Part shown: in pieces, positions 10,704 through 20,868 of the stretch
Numbering within the stretch: the stretch's first letter is position 1
Layout: each line of letters opens with the position of its first letter
From: Candidatus Hydrogenedentota bacterium
Lineage (GTDB): Bacteria; Hydrogenedentota; Hydrogenedentia; Hydrogenedentales; SLHB01
Assembly (NCBI GenBank): GCA_963674865.2
Contig: CAXXYE010000003.1
Coordinates: 128,001 to 192,000 of the forward strand
Direction of reading: 5' to 3'
Length of the DNA stretch: 64,000 nt
The notes under the pieces: model-generated
What the model was told of the DNA's origin: nothing
The model's input: the letters and a program-made list of their open reading frames with translations, nothing else
Databases searched by the model: none
Program-made: the position numbers and the translations under genes

Positions 10704-10818
10704 GGCGTCCTATCTCCCTTTCTCAAGACGGTGTGATGACGGGCGCCTATTAGACCAGGGAGAAGGACGGGCTTCAACCGCGTCGGGGGAGAGCCCCTGC
10801 CGGAAAGGGCCGCGAGGC

Positions 10819-12093
10819 CTACCGACTGTCTTCCAGGCCAAAAAGCCGCTTCACGAGATGCAGCACCGTCTTCGGATCGTGGTGGGCAATTTCGCGCTTC
10901 AGGCCGCTCATTGGACGCTGAAGAATGTTGTTGACGAGGCGTTTGGATAGGCGATCTATTTCCTCCCGCTGCTTCTCCGTCAGTTCGGGAAGCGCGGAAA
11001 GCGTCTTCTCCACCTCTCGACTGCGAATAGCCTCCAGTTCGCCTGCCATCGAGCGAATCGCCGGCTCGGCTACCAGGCTGCGAAGCCAGTCGCCGAACTG
11101 TCCCATGCCGCGCTCGACAATGGCCAAGCCTTCTTCGACCGCCTTGCGCCGCGCCTCAAGATTCTGGGCTACCACGCGTTTCAGATCGTCCACGTTGTAA
11201 AGATACACGTTGTCCAACAGGCCAACGTCAGGATTGATATCCCGGGGAACAGCGATGTCGATGACGCACACCGGCGCCTGGCCCCGGCGCTTGAGTGCTT
11301 CCTGAAAGTCCTTCGGCTCGAGTATGAACTCCGGCGACGCGGTCGAACTGATGACGATGTCCGCTCGGTGCAGGTGATGCCGCAGATCACTCAGCCCCAT
11401 CGGCTCCCCGCCGCGCGCCTCCGCGAGTACCCGCGCATGCTCCTGGCTTCGGTTGGCGACCAGCACCCGCGCGGCGCCATGCGCCACGAGGCTCTGGAGC
11501 GTAAGCTCACCCATATCCCCCGAGCCGATGACGAGCACCGTCTTGCCTTCGAGTTCCATGAAGATCGATGTGGCGAGGTCTACGGCGACGGAACTTACGG
11601 AGACCTTTCCTGCCCCCACGCCCGTCTTTGTCCGCACCTCCTTGGCGACGGAGAAAGCCCGCTGGAAAAGTGCGTTGATGATTTTGTCCGTCGTTTGCTC
11701 AGATTTCGCAAGAAGGTAAGCATCGTGAACCTGCCCGAGGATCTGTGTCTCCCCGACTACAAGGCTGTCGAGGCTTGCCGCTACCCGGAATAGGTGCCCC
11801 GCAGCGTTGTCGTCGTCGTGCTCGTAGAGCATGTCGTTGAACGCCGTTTCCTCGATGCCGTGCCAGGCGCTCAAGAATCGCCGGATGCCTTCAGCCAACT
11901 CCGACGTGTCACTCGGGCTGTTTGCATATGCCTCCACCCGGTTGCAGGTGCTCAATATGACCACGCCCGCGCCGCCGAGTTCTTTGTGTAGGCGTAACAG
12001 CGCTTGGGGAAGAGCCTTCTCCGAGAAAACCAGCCGCTCTCGAAGCTCCAGGGGGCTTGTCTGATGGTTCAGGCCTACGACCACCAGGCTCAT
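10819..12093 (-). CDS. hemA: Glutamyl-tRNA reductase
   Basis: GLNHQTSPLELRE, STCNRVE, SLDSLVVGETQILGQV, DIAVPRD. Confidence 0.97.
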   Translation of the reverse strand: MSLVVVGLNHQTSPLELRERLVFSEKALPQALLRLHKELGGAGVVILSTCNRVEAYANSPSDTSELAEGIRRFLSAWHGIEETAFNDMLYEHDDDNAAGHLFRVAASLDSLVVGETQILGQVHDAYLLAKSEQTTDKIINALFQRAFSVAKEVRTKTGVGAGKVSVSSVAVDLATSIFMELEGKTVLVIGSGDMGELTLQSLVAHGAARVLVANRSQEHARVLAEARGGEPMGLSDLRHHLHRADIVISSTASPEFILEPKDFQEALKRRGQAPVCVIDIAVPRDINPDVGLLDNVYLYNVDDLKRVVAQNLEARRKAVEEGLAIVERGMGQFGDWLRSLVAEPAIRSMAGELEAIRSREVEKTLSALPELTEKQREEIDRLSKRLVNNILQRPMSGLKREIAHHDPKTVLHLVKRLFGLEDSR

Positions 12094-12938
12094 ACGCTTT
12101 TCCCCCAGAAGTTGTACGTTCTGAGATGCAGGATCGCCAGCACCAAGTACGCGGCCAGGAGCAGGGAAAAGCCTACTACAACCACGTAAGCGAGTTTCGG
12201 CCCCCTCAAACGGCCGAATTGCCGCGCATGAAACGTCACGGCGTAGAAAAACGCCATGACGACGGACAGCAATACCTTAGGTGCAATCCACCAATGGGCG
12301 CTCAGCAGATCGCGGTCGAGATACACCCAAGTCAGCCCCAGAAGAAGCGTGATGACAAAAAGTGGGTATCCGCAGGCAACAAGCCGGTACAGCGTGCGGT
12401 CAAGCTGCTCGAGCGGCGGAAACGGCCGCGACAGTGCCTCATCCGGGCGCCGCTTCAGTGTTCGCGCCTGACAGACGTACGCCACACTTGTGGCGCTGGC
12501 CGCGAAGAAAAGGGCATACGCAAGAAAGGCCAAGCCGACGTGGACACCGAGGGGAACGCTCGGCAACGCTCGAGGCGCTTCATACAGGTTGGTGTGCGCC
12601 ACTGCTGCGTTCAGCAGCGCGATGGCCGCCAACGGCGGCGCATAGAAGGGCACGAGGACAAGGGCCCCCGTTTGGCGCAGCGCGAGCAGCATCACGAGCG
12701 TCGTCAACACCGTCAGGAGGTCCAGGGAATCCGTGGTGTTCGTGAGGGGAAGCGCCCCCCAGAGATACCACCGCAAACCGAGGTTGGCCGCGAAGGCGAT
12801 AGCCCCCGCGCCGGTGAGCCGGCGAGCCACCTTGAGGACTTCCGGGGCTGAGCCCAGCGTGTGCGCCAGCGCAGTGGCCGCGGCGGCCACGTATAGCGCC
12901 ACTCCTCCGTAAAACGTGATGCCAACTGCCCATGCCAT
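12090..12938 (-). CDS. Cytochrome c assembly protein CcsA/HemX family
   Basis: About 8 hydrophobic segments, LGVHVGLAFLAY, PPLEQLDR; ATGA overlap with hemA. Confidence 0.85.
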   Translation of the reverse strand: MAWAVGITFYGGVALYVAAAATALAHTLGSAPEVLKVARRLTGAGAIAFAANLGLRWYLWGALPLTNTTDSLDLLTVLTTLVMLLALRQTGALVLVPFYAPPLAAIALLNAAVAHTNLYEAPRALPSVPLGVHVGLAFLAYALFFAASATSVAYVCQARTLKRRPDEALSRPFPPLEQLDRTLYRLVACGYPLFVITLLLGLTWVYLDRDLLSAHWWIAPKVLLSVVMAFFYAVTFHARQFGRLRGPKLAYVVVVGFSLLLAAYLVLAILHLRTYNFWGKSV

Positions 12939-13184
12939 GTCTATTCCTCTCTCGATCCGGCGCCGCCGACGAAGGGAACCCTTCTCGTGCCCGTATTCTA
13001 TACCTCAGCGGGCAAAGCGGCCAAGGAGCGACGACTCGGAGCGGCGCCAAACGACGGCGGGCGCCTATCCCCGTATCCGTTCTCAGAACAGGCCGCGGGC
13101 ATCCAACACTGCGTTTTCATCTTGGAAAGGTAGCCGCAGGTATGTTAAACTGCCAATACGACTTTACTTAGGGGAGGCAATACG

Positions 13185-13664
13185 ATGGACGCCATAGTCG
13201 CTCACTTCCAGGACCATCTTATCGCTTACATTGTTGTCGCTGCGTGTGCGCTTCCCGTGTTATTCGTCTACCGAAAGTATGTGGTGCCCATCTTCGCTTA
13301 CGCGTTGGAAGTCTGCATCTACATGGGTTTGCTGCACTCGGTGCTTTTTCTCGTCGTGAAGATCATCCGATGGTTCAAGATGGAGTCCTCCTTCGAGGCG
13401 ATCGGTGCGAAGACGGACCCCGGGTGGGGCATTCCCTGGATGCACTTCTGGAAACACGACCTTTTCAATCCCCACTGGCTAGTCTATCTGGAACTGGCCT
13501 TCATGGTGATCTTCGTCTATTTCGTCTGGAAACTGCGCCCCATGCGGATCCAGAAGATCAGAGAGCGCGGTGCGGCGCGAAAGCCGGGCGCAGGCAAGAG
13601 TGGCGTGCGCCCACCCGCGAAAGGTGCGTTTGCCAAGAAAAAGTTAGGAGCTAAGAAGAGATGA
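13185..13664 (+). CDS. Hypothetical membrane protein with basic C-terminal tail
   Basis: GGGGAGG RBS, three hydrophobic segments, ATGA overlap with next gene. Confidence 0.75.
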   Translation: MDAIVAHFQDHLIAYIVVAACALPVLFVYRKYVVPIFAYALEVCIYMGLLHSVLFLVVKIIRWFKMESSFEAIGAKTDPGWGIPWMHFWKHDLFNPHWLVYLELAFMVIFVYFVWKLRPMRIQKIRERGAARKPGAGKSGVRPPAKGAFAKKKLGAKKR

Positions 13665-14641
13665 TTCCGGAGTATTTGCGTGGCCCGATTGCGCCCGTTT
13701 TCACGGCGTTTGACTCAGAAGGACGGCTGGACGACCTCGGCCAAAGGGAATTCCTCGATTTCTTGTCCGAATCCGGCGCGATTTCCGCCTTTTTCCTGCG
13801 TTGCGGCATGGGACAGATGCGCGAATTCTCATACGACGAGGTGAAACAGATTGCGGATAACGCCTGCGCCCATATGAAGGGGCGAGGGCCGGTAATGATA
13901 GGGACCACCGGCATCTGGGACCGCGACTACGACCGCCTGCCCGATCCTGACGTGTTCCTTCGGGAAGCGGTAGAACTCAGCCAGTATGTTGAGAGCGTTG
14001 GGGCGGCCGCCTGTGTCCACACCGTGCCTGAGGCGATTGCACCAAAGGACGGCGAGACCACGGCCGACGTGACGCTGCGGTATTTCGAGGCCATCGACGC
14101 CGCCGTTTCCATCCCTGTATTCATCTACCAGCCGCCGGGCACGCGTCCCGAGTACATCGTGACGGTGGATCTGATGCAGAAGCTGGCCGATTTGCCCAAC
14201 GTCAAGGGTATGAAAGCTTCCACGGCCGACGCCGGCTACATTCTAGACATGACCTGGGCAACAAGGGACAAGGACTTCGGCTATATCGTGGGACACGAGG
14301 CGGCGTTTTTCGCGGGCTTGTGCTCCGGGGCCAAGGCCACCATCGGCGGCGGGGCCTGCGTCAACCCGCAGGTGCTCAAGGCCGTCCAGGATCGGTTCGA
14401 GCAAGGGGATATACCGGGCGCCATCGACGCCCAACGTTCCGTGAACAAGCTGTGGCAGGGCATCCCCGCGACAGTGGAGTTCCTCAAGCGCTACGCCGCC
14501 GACAAGGGCTACAAGGTGCAGCCGTACCGGAGGAGCAAGCAGAAGGACGCCGCCTACGGTCCTGTGGATGTTTCGATTCCTCAGGACGTCTACGAGGCGG
14601 GCAAACACCTGCTGGAGTCCGAACTGGCCCTCTACGCCTAG
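13661..14641 (+). CDS. DapA/N-acetylneuraminate lyase family aldolase
   Basis: GPIAPVFTAFD, PVFIYQPP, NVKGMKAS (Schiff-base Lys). Confidence 0.85.
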   Translation: MIPEYLRGPIAPVFTAFDSEGRLDDLGQREFLDFLSESGAISAFFLRCGMGQMREFSYDEVKQIADNACAHMKGRGPVMIGTTGIWDRDYDRLPDPDVFLREAVELSQYVESVGAAACVHTVPEAIAPKDGETTADVTLRYFEAIDAAVSIPVFIYQPPGTRPEYIVTVDLMQKLADLPNVKGMKASTADAGYILDMTWATRDKDFGYIVGHEAAFFAGLCSGAKATIGGGACVNPQVLKAVQDRFEQGDIPGAIDAQRSVNKLWQGIPATVEFLKRYAADKGYKVQPYRRSKQKDAAYGPVDVSIPQDVYEAGKHLLESELALYA

Positions 14642-14664
14642 TGAATACTGTGACACGCGTCTTG

Positions 14665-14700
14665 ACGCCGGCGGCCGGGAAACTGCCGCCGGCGTTTCTC
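14665..14700 (+). terminator. Probable intrinsic terminator
   Basis: ACGCCGGCGGC/GCCGCCGGCGT stem followed by TTCTC; weak U tract. Confidence 0.55.
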
Positions 14701-14757
14701 GTCTTCGTTGCCCGCTCGGGTTGAACATGCTTACCGCGGATTCTATTATCGTGCGCT

Positions 14758-17241
14758 ATGGCTGAATCGACCATCGAACTATCCCATATCGCCAAGAGCT
14801 TCGGCGGTGTACCTGCCCTTCAGGATGTGAGCATCACCTTCAAGGCCGGCGAAGTGCACGGCTTGGTGGGGGAGAACGGGGCCGGGAAGAGCACACTAAT
14901 CAACATTGCCACCGGCGTGCTTCGCCCCGATCAGGGAGCCATCCGCCTAAGTGGACATCCGATCACGCTGTCGGATGCGCGTGATGCGACGCGGCGCGGC
15001 ATTGCCGTCGTGCACCAGGAGGCGGATCTCTTTCCTCAACTCAGCATCGCCGAGAACATGCTCCTTGCTAGGGGGCTTGTCCGGGCGCGCACCGGGCTGA
15101 TCCAATGGCCTGCAACATACCGCCGCGCCGCACAGTTGATGGATGAAGTGGGGGAGTCGTTCGATGTACGGGCCACCGCCGGGGGACTGTCCGTCGCGAG
15201 GCGCATGATGGCCGAGATCGCTGCCGCGGTTTCGTGGGACCCGGTTGTCCTATTCCTGGATGAGCCCACTTCGGCGCTCTCCATGAACGAGATCCGGCGA
15301 CTTTTCGGACAGATTCGGGCGTTGAGTGACGCAGGCGTTGCCATCGTCTACGTCAGCCACCGGCTCGAGGAAGTGCTCGAGATTTGCGGGCGCGTAACCG
15401 TCCTTCGCGATGGCCGGTTGGTTGCGACCCAACCCGCATCCGAACTCACCATGGACCAGATTGTGTCCGCCATGGTGGGGCGCGAACTGGCCCAGATGTA
15501 TGCGAAGCGGGAGGTGCCGATTCGCGATGTCCGACTCGAAGTCGCCGGTGCGACGGCAAAGGATGGCGCCTTCAAGGACGTGTCCTTTTCCGTACGTGCG
15601 GGCGAGATCATGGGGATGTACGGTTTTGTCGGCGCGGGACGCAGCGAAATTGGCCAAGCCCTCTTCGGCCTCCGCCGGCTCTCGGAGGGGAAGGTTCTAG
15701 TCGATGGTAAGGACGTAAGCGCTCGCTCGCCGCGCGACGCCGTACGCAGTGGAATTGCTTACGTGCCGGAAGACCGCCTTGTCCAGGGGATCTTCCGGGG
15801 GCAATCCGTCCGAGCCAATGCGACAGTGGCCATGCTCCGGAAATTGTCGACCCTGGGCTGCATCCGCTCCCGGCGCGAGGTGGCCCTGGCGACGGCGGTG
15901 GTCGACGAGATGCGTGTGCGAACGAGTTCGATTGAACAGCCTATAGCTACGCTCAGCGGCGGAAACCAGCAGAAAGTGGCCTTTGGCCGCTGGCAGTGCA
16001 CGGCCCCGAAGGTGCTCATTCTTGATGAGCCCACGCGGGGCGTCGACATCGGCGCAAAGGCGGAGATCCACCGCCTGATCTGCGACTTGGCCGAGAAGGG
16101 AACGGCCATTCTGCTGATAAGTTCCGAACTGCCCGAGGTCATGGCCATGAGCGACCGCGTCATCGCCGTTTCCGAGGGGCGGATAACCGCCACATTGGAC
16201 CCTGCGCGGGATGGCGAGAAGGCGGTCGCGACGGCGGCCGTACCCAAGGGGACTCAGGCGGAAGCGGCGGCGCCTCGCTCCGAGCCGAAGCTTCTCAAGA
16301 GGTTGCTTCATCTTCGGGAACTGGGACTCATTGGATTCATAGCGGTTCTTTCCGTTGGCATGACGCTTGTTGCTCCCGGCAAGTTTGCGACCGTGCCGAA
16401 CTTCCTGGACATTCTCTCAAACGCGGCGCTGCCGGCAATGGTGGCGCAAGGCGCTATGCTCATCATCTGCGCGGGGGGCATCGACATCTCCGTGGGCTCG
16501 ATGCTCGGGCTCGTGGGCGCGATGGCGGCCATGGCGGCCACGGCCGGCGCGCCTCCGTGGCTGTGTCTTCTGCTTGCCGTCAGCGCTGGCGTTTGTCTGA
16601 GCCTGATCAACGCGGGCACCTCGCTGCTGGCGCGGATTCACCCTATCATTGTGACGCTGGCCGGCATCAGCATCTATCGCGGCCTCATGCGCGTTGTGAC
16701 CTCCAACCGCGAGATCATGAACCTGCCCGCGGGCTACCGCGCCCTTGCTGACGGCCGTGTGTTTGGCATCCCAAAGATCTGCTATTACGTCGTCGCCGTG
16801 ACGGTGTTGGTTCACCTCCTGTTGCGCTACACGCTGTGGGGACGCCGTGTTCTGGCCCTTGGCAACTCGGAGAGTGCGGGCAGGCAGATTGGCCTGTCTA
16901 AGGCGCGCCTCACGCTTTTCGTCTTCGCGGTGTCGGGCGCGCTGGTTGGGCTGGCCGCCGTGCTGCATGCGGGATACTACGGGAAGGTTCAGGCCAACAC
17001 GGGTGAGGGAATGGAACTGAAGGCTATTGCCGCGGCCGTGATCGGCGGCACCAATATCCTCGGCGGGCGCGGTTCGGCCCCGGGGACGCTCCTCGGCGCG
17101 TTTCTCGTGGCGCTTCTGTATAACGTCCTCATCCTGGCCGACATCAGCTCTTATTGGCAGAACCTGTTCGTGGGCGCGCTGATTCTCGGGGCCGTTGTCG
17201 TGGATGTTCTCCTGAACCGGCTGCGGGGGGCGGGGTCATGA
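14758..17241 (+). CDS. Sugar ABC transporter (CUT2): tandem ATPase domains fused to a permease
   Basis: GENGAGKST, LDEPT, LSGGNQQK, then permease motifs GGIDISVGS and IAAAVIGG in one 827-aa frame. Confidence 0.9.
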   Translation: MAESTIELSHIAKSFGGVPALQDVSITFKAGEVHGLVGENGAGKSTLINIATGVLRPDQGAIRLSGHPITLSDARDATRRGIAVVHQEADLFPQLSIAENMLLARGLVRARTGLIQWPATYRRAAQLMDEVGESFDVRATAGGLSVARRMMAEIAAAVSWDPVVLFLDEPTSALSMNEIRRLFGQIRALSDAGVAIVYVSHRLEEVLEICGRVTVLRDGRLVATQPASELTMDQIVSAMVGRELAQMYAKREVPIRDVRLEVAGATAKDGAFKDVSFSVRAGEIMGMYGFVGAGRSEIGQALFGLRRLSEGKVLVDGKDVSARSPRDAVRSGIAYVPEDRLVQGIFRGQSVRANATVAMLRKLSTLGCIRSRREVALATAVVDEMRVRTSSIEQPIATLSGGNQQKVAFGRWQCTAPKVLILDEPTRGVDIGAKAEIHRLICDLAEKGTAILLISSELPEVMAMSDRVIAVSEGRITATLDPARDGEKAVATAAVPKGTQAEAAAPRSEPKLLKRLLHLRELGLIGFIAVLSVGMTLVAPGKFATVPNFLDILSNAALPAMVAQGAMLIICAGGIDISVGSMLGLVGAMAAMAATAGAPPWLCLLLAVSAGVCLSLINAGTSLLARIHPIIVTLAGISIYRGLMRVVTSNREIMNLPAGYRALADGRVFGIPKICYYVVAVTVLVHLLLRYTLWGRRVLALGNSESAGRQIGLSKARLTLFVFAVSGALVGLAAVLHAGYYGKVQANTGEGMELKAIAAAVIGGTNILGGRGSAPGTLLGAFLVALLYNVLILADISSYWQNLFVGALILGAVVVDVLLNRLRGAGS

Positions 17242-18224
17242 TCCGCCGCGTGCTCGCCATGCGAGAAGCCGCATTGGCCTTGGTTGTGCTCGCTCTGTTC
17301 GCCGTGTTTGCGTTTACCGTGGAGGGCTTTGCCGACTGGTTCAATCTGTGTGAGCAATCCAGACACTGGATTGTGCCGGGGATGATCGCGGTACCCATGA
17401 CCCTTATCATTACGACGGCGGGCATCGACTTATCCGTTGGCTCCATGGTTGCTCTCTGCGGCACCGTGCTCGGCCTGCTCTATCGCGATGCGCAATGGCC
17501 CATCGCCCTGGCCGCGATGGCGGCGGTACTGGTGGGACTGAGCTGTGGCACGCTGAATGGCGTCGTGAGCAGCTACCTCGGCATCCCGCCGTTGGTAGTG
17601 ACGCTCGCGACCATGGCCCTCTTCCGCGGCGTGGCCATGGGCCTCAGCCAAGCGGAGCCTGTGACGGGCTTTCCGGCGGGCTTTCGGTGGCTGAGTCAAG
17701 GGGACCTCTTTACGATTCAGGGAAGCGGCGGGCCGGTTGGCCTGCCTGCCCCGCTGGTTGCCCTCGTGTTTGCGGTGTTGCTTGGTTGGATTGTCATGCG
17801 GCGCTCGTGGATGGGCCGCTACATCGAGTTCATCGGGGACAACGAGACGGCCGCCCGCTTCGCCGCCATTGACACCCGCCTCGTGAAGTGCGGCCTCTAC
17901 GCGGCCTGCGGCGCCATCTGCGGACTCGCCGCCATATTTCACACCGCCCTTTTTGCCACCGCCAAGGCCGACACCGCGCAAGGACTCGAGTTGAGCGTCA
18001 TTGCGTGCGTGGTGGTCGGCGGGACGCGGATCTCCGGCGGGCGCGGCACCGTTATCGGCACGTTGTTCGGCCTCCTGATCATCGGTATGCTGGGCTTCGG
18101 ACTCGATATGGCCGAAGTCGATTGGCTCGGTTCGCAACACATCGTGATATTTGTTGGCGCCTTGGTTATCGTCACGGCGATTTTCAATGAGTGGATGGCC
18201 CGCTGGAAAGGAGACCACCAATGA
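17238..18224 (+). CDS. Sugar ABC transporter permease (RbsC/LsrD/RhaQ-like)
   Basis: AGIDLSVGS, IPPLVVTLAT, VVVGGTRISGGRG; ATGA overlap. Confidence 0.92.
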   Translation: MIRRVLAMREAALALVVLALFAVFAFTVEGFADWFNLCEQSRHWIVPGMIAVPMTLIITTAGIDLSVGSMVALCGTVLGLLYRDAQWPIALAAMAAVLVGLSCGTLNGVVSSYLGIPPLVVTLATMALFRGVAMGLSQAEPVTGFPAGFRWLSQGDLFTIQGSGGPVGLPAPLVALVFAVLLGWIVMRRSWMGRYIEFIGDNETAARFAAIDTRLVKCGLYAACGAICGLAAIFHTALFATAKADTAQGLELSVIACVVVGGTRISGGRGTVIGTLFGLLIIGMLGFGLDMAEVDWLGSQHIVIFVGALVIVTAIFNEWMARWKGDHQ

Positions 18225-19267
18225 GAAAACTTGTCATAGCGCTCTTGCTGCTCCCGATTATGGGCGTGGGTTGTGCGCCGGAGTCGCAGGAGGGCACGCC
18301 TTCCCCCGGCACGGCGCCCGACGAGGGCACGGCTCCGGAAGCGGCCACCGACGCGGAATTCACCATCGGCGTGATGCCGAAGCTTGTCGGAATCGACTTC
18401 TTCAACGCTACGGAACGGGGCGCCTTCGAGGCAGGGAACGAACTCGGCGTCCATATGGTGTTCGACGGGCCGGTGACGAATGATGTCAACGCCCAGGTTC
18501 AGATGCTCGATAAGTGGATCTTCAAGAAATACGACGCCATAGCCGTCGCGCCAAACGATCCCGATGCCATTGCCCCGGTGCTCGAGAAAGCCCGCAGCCG
18601 TGGCATCACTGTCGTCACTTGGGATGCCGATGCGCAGGTGGGGGCGAGGGACTTCTTTGTCAACCAGTGTACTTCGGCTAGTGTGGCGAAGACGCTTATG
18701 GACGTCATGGCCGAGGGGGCGGGAGCCGAGTCCAACTACATCATTGTCACCGGTTCACTCACCGCCTACAACCAGCGGATTTGGATGGACGAGATGGAGC
18801 AGTACCGGCAGAGCGCTTATCCCGGTATGACAAATCTCTCCGAGACGCCGAAGGCTTCCGAAGAAGATCAGGCTCTGGCGACGCAGGTGACCACGGATTG
18901 CCTGAAGGCCTATGACACCTTAGAAGGCATCTTCGCCATCACTTCCGTAGCGTTGCCGGGCGCGGCCGAGGCCCTGCGGAAGACGGGCCGCGCCGATGAT
19001 GTGTTTCTCACCGGATTAGCCACGCCGAATGCCATGCGCGAATACGTGCTCGACGGCACCGTCAAGAAGTTCGTGCTCTGGAATCCCGTCGACCTTGGCT
19101 ATCTGGCAGTGCAAGTGGCCGTTGCCAGCGCCAAAGGCGAACTGCAACCGGGAGTGGAGACATTCAAGGCCGGGAGACTCGGAGAGTTGGCTGTCAAAGG
19201 CGACCAAGTGATTCTAGGCGATCCCATCATCTTCGACAGTGACAACATCGACCAATACGACTTCTAA
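18221..19267 (+). CDS. Sugar ABC substrate-binding lipoprotein (RhaS/LsrB-like)
   Basis: AAGGAG RBS, lipobox-like MGVGC, MPKLVGIDFF, LWNPVDLGY, FDSDNIDQYDF. Confidence 0.88.
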   Translation: MRKLVIALLLLPIMGVGCAPESQEGTPSPGTAPDEGTAPEAATDAEFTIGVMPKLVGIDFFNATERGAFEAGNELGVHMVFDGPVTNDVNAQVQMLDKWIFKKYDAIAVAPNDPDAIAPVLEKARSRGITVVTWDADAQVGARDFFVNQCTSASVAKTLMDVMAEGAGAESNYIIVTGSLTAYNQRIWMDEMEQYRQSAYPGMTNLSETPKASEEDQALATQVTTDCLKAYDTLEGIFAITSVALPGAAEALRKTGRADDVFLTGLATPNAMREYVLDGTVKKFVLWNPVDLGYLAVQVAVASAKGELQPGVETFKAGRLGELAVKGDQVILGDPIIFDSDNIDQYDF

Positions 19268-19289
19268 CGGCAAAAAGCTCTGAGCGGCG

Positions 19290-20810
19290 TCAACTCTTAA
19301 TCTCTTTGCGCGTCGTCGCGTTGAGAATCCGCGTGTCGTGGATGTGGAAGTCGGAAACCGACTCGACATCGATCTCGCGGCCGAAGACGCGCGCGATCTC
19401 GTCGAGATACTCCTTGTTTTCATTGCGTAGGCGCCGCGCGACGTCGGGATGTACCTGGAGAATGACGTGCTTGTGCCGGCTCTCACAGAAAAGGCTTTGT
19501 AGCTTGCGGAGGGCCTGAAACGTCATCGTGGTCACGGAGCGGACGAGGCCGCTCCCTTCGCAGTAGGGGCAGGACTGCGACAGCGCCTTGACGATGTTGT
19601 GCTTCACCCGTTTCCGCGTCATTTCAATCATGCCGAGTTCGCTCACCTCCGACACGGTGCTCTTCGCGCGATCCGCTTTGAGGCATTCCTGCAGCTTCCG
19701 GAGAAGGTCACGCCGGTTGCGCTCGATTTGCATGTCAATGAAGTCGATGACGATGATCCCGCCCATATCGCGCAGCCGGACCTGGCGGGCGATCTCCTCA
19801 GCCGCCTCCATATTGGTTTTGAAGACGGTTTCCTCCAGCCGCCGTTTTCCGGTGAAGCGCCCCGTGTTGACGTCGATGGCTACCAGCGCCTCGGTTTGCT
19901 CGATGCAGATGTGGCCGCCGCTCTTGAGATAGACCTGCTGGCGCAGGGCCTTGTCGATCTCGCCTTCTATCTCGAATTTGTCAAACATCGGACGCTTTCC
20001 CTGATACAGCTTGCACCGTTTGCGGAGATTCGGCGCGAACGTGTCGAGGAAGTTCAGGATGCGGCTGTATTCAGTGCCGCTGTCCACCGTTAGCCGCTGG
20101 AAGTCCGATGAGAAAGTGTCCCGTATCACACGCAGAATGGGCCCGAGGTCCTCATGCAGCAGGCACGGCGCCTTCACCGATTCCATCTTCGACTTGACCT
20201 TGCTCCAGACCTTCGTGAGGTAGGCCAGGTCGCTTTGGAACTCCTTCTTGCTCACGCCTTCTCCGGCGGTGCGGGTGATCAATCCGACGCTCTTGGGGCG
20301 GATTTGCTGCAGGATCTTCTTGAGGCGGTCGCGTTCTTTTTCATTCTCTATCTTGCGCGACACGCCCAACTGCGTCACGGTGGGCATCAGCACCAAACAG
20401 CGCCCCGGCAGTGTCACAAAATTGGTGAGCCGCATTCCCTTGCTTCCGAGGGTGTCCTTGCTGACCTGCACCATGATGTGCTGATTCTTGCGAAGGATTT
20501 TCTCAATGGACGTTTGCCTGGCGTGACGTCCGCGCGTGCGCGGCCGCGCCGTTCCATCCACGAAGTCGAAATCGCCCGTTCCGGCCGCTGCGGCGATATC
20601 CGAGACGTAGAGGAATCCGTTTTTCTCGAAGCCGATGTCCACGAAGGCGGCTTGGATGCCGGGGACGACCGCATCGACACGTCCCTTGTAGATGTTGCCG
20701 ACGATGCTTCGGCTCTCCTGGCGCTCAATGAGCAGCTCTGCCAGGCGCTTTTCCTCTAGGAGGGCGATACGCGTCTCCAGGGGACCAACATTGATGACAA
20801 ACTCTTTCAT
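19290..20810 (-). CDS. rng: Ribonuclease G/E family
   Basis: GNIYKGRV, AAFVDIG, AIDVNTG, RLRDMGGIIVIDFIDM, CPYCEGSG. Confidence 0.93.
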   Translation of the reverse strand: MKEFVINVGPLETRIALLEEKRLAELLIERQESRSIVGNIYKGRVDAVVPGIQAAFVDIGFEKNGFLYVSDIAAAAGTGDFDFVDGTARPRTRGRHARQTSIEKILRKNQHIMVQVSKDTLGSKGMRLTNFVTLPGRCLVLMPTVTQLGVSRKIENEKERDRLKKILQQIRPKSVGLITRTAGEGVSKKEFQSDLAYLTKVWSKVKSKMESVKAPCLLHEDLGPILRVIRDTFSSDFQRLTVDSGTEYSRILNFLDTFAPNLRKRCKLYQGKRPMFDKFEIEGEIDKALRQQVYLKSGGHICIEQTEALVAIDVNTGRFTGKRRLEETVFKTNMEAAEEIARQVRLRDMGGIIVIDFIDMQIERNRRDLLRKLQECLKADRAKSTVSEVSELGMIEMTRKRVKHNIVKALSQSCPYCEGSGLVRSVTTMTFQALRKLQSLFCESRHKHVILQVHPDVARRLRNENKEYLDEIARVFGREIDVESVSDFHIHDTRILNATTRKEIKS

Positions 20811-20868
20811 AATAGCTCCATATTCTTTTCAGGCATTCGGCCATGGTAAATGGCCGGCCTTTGTCTTC

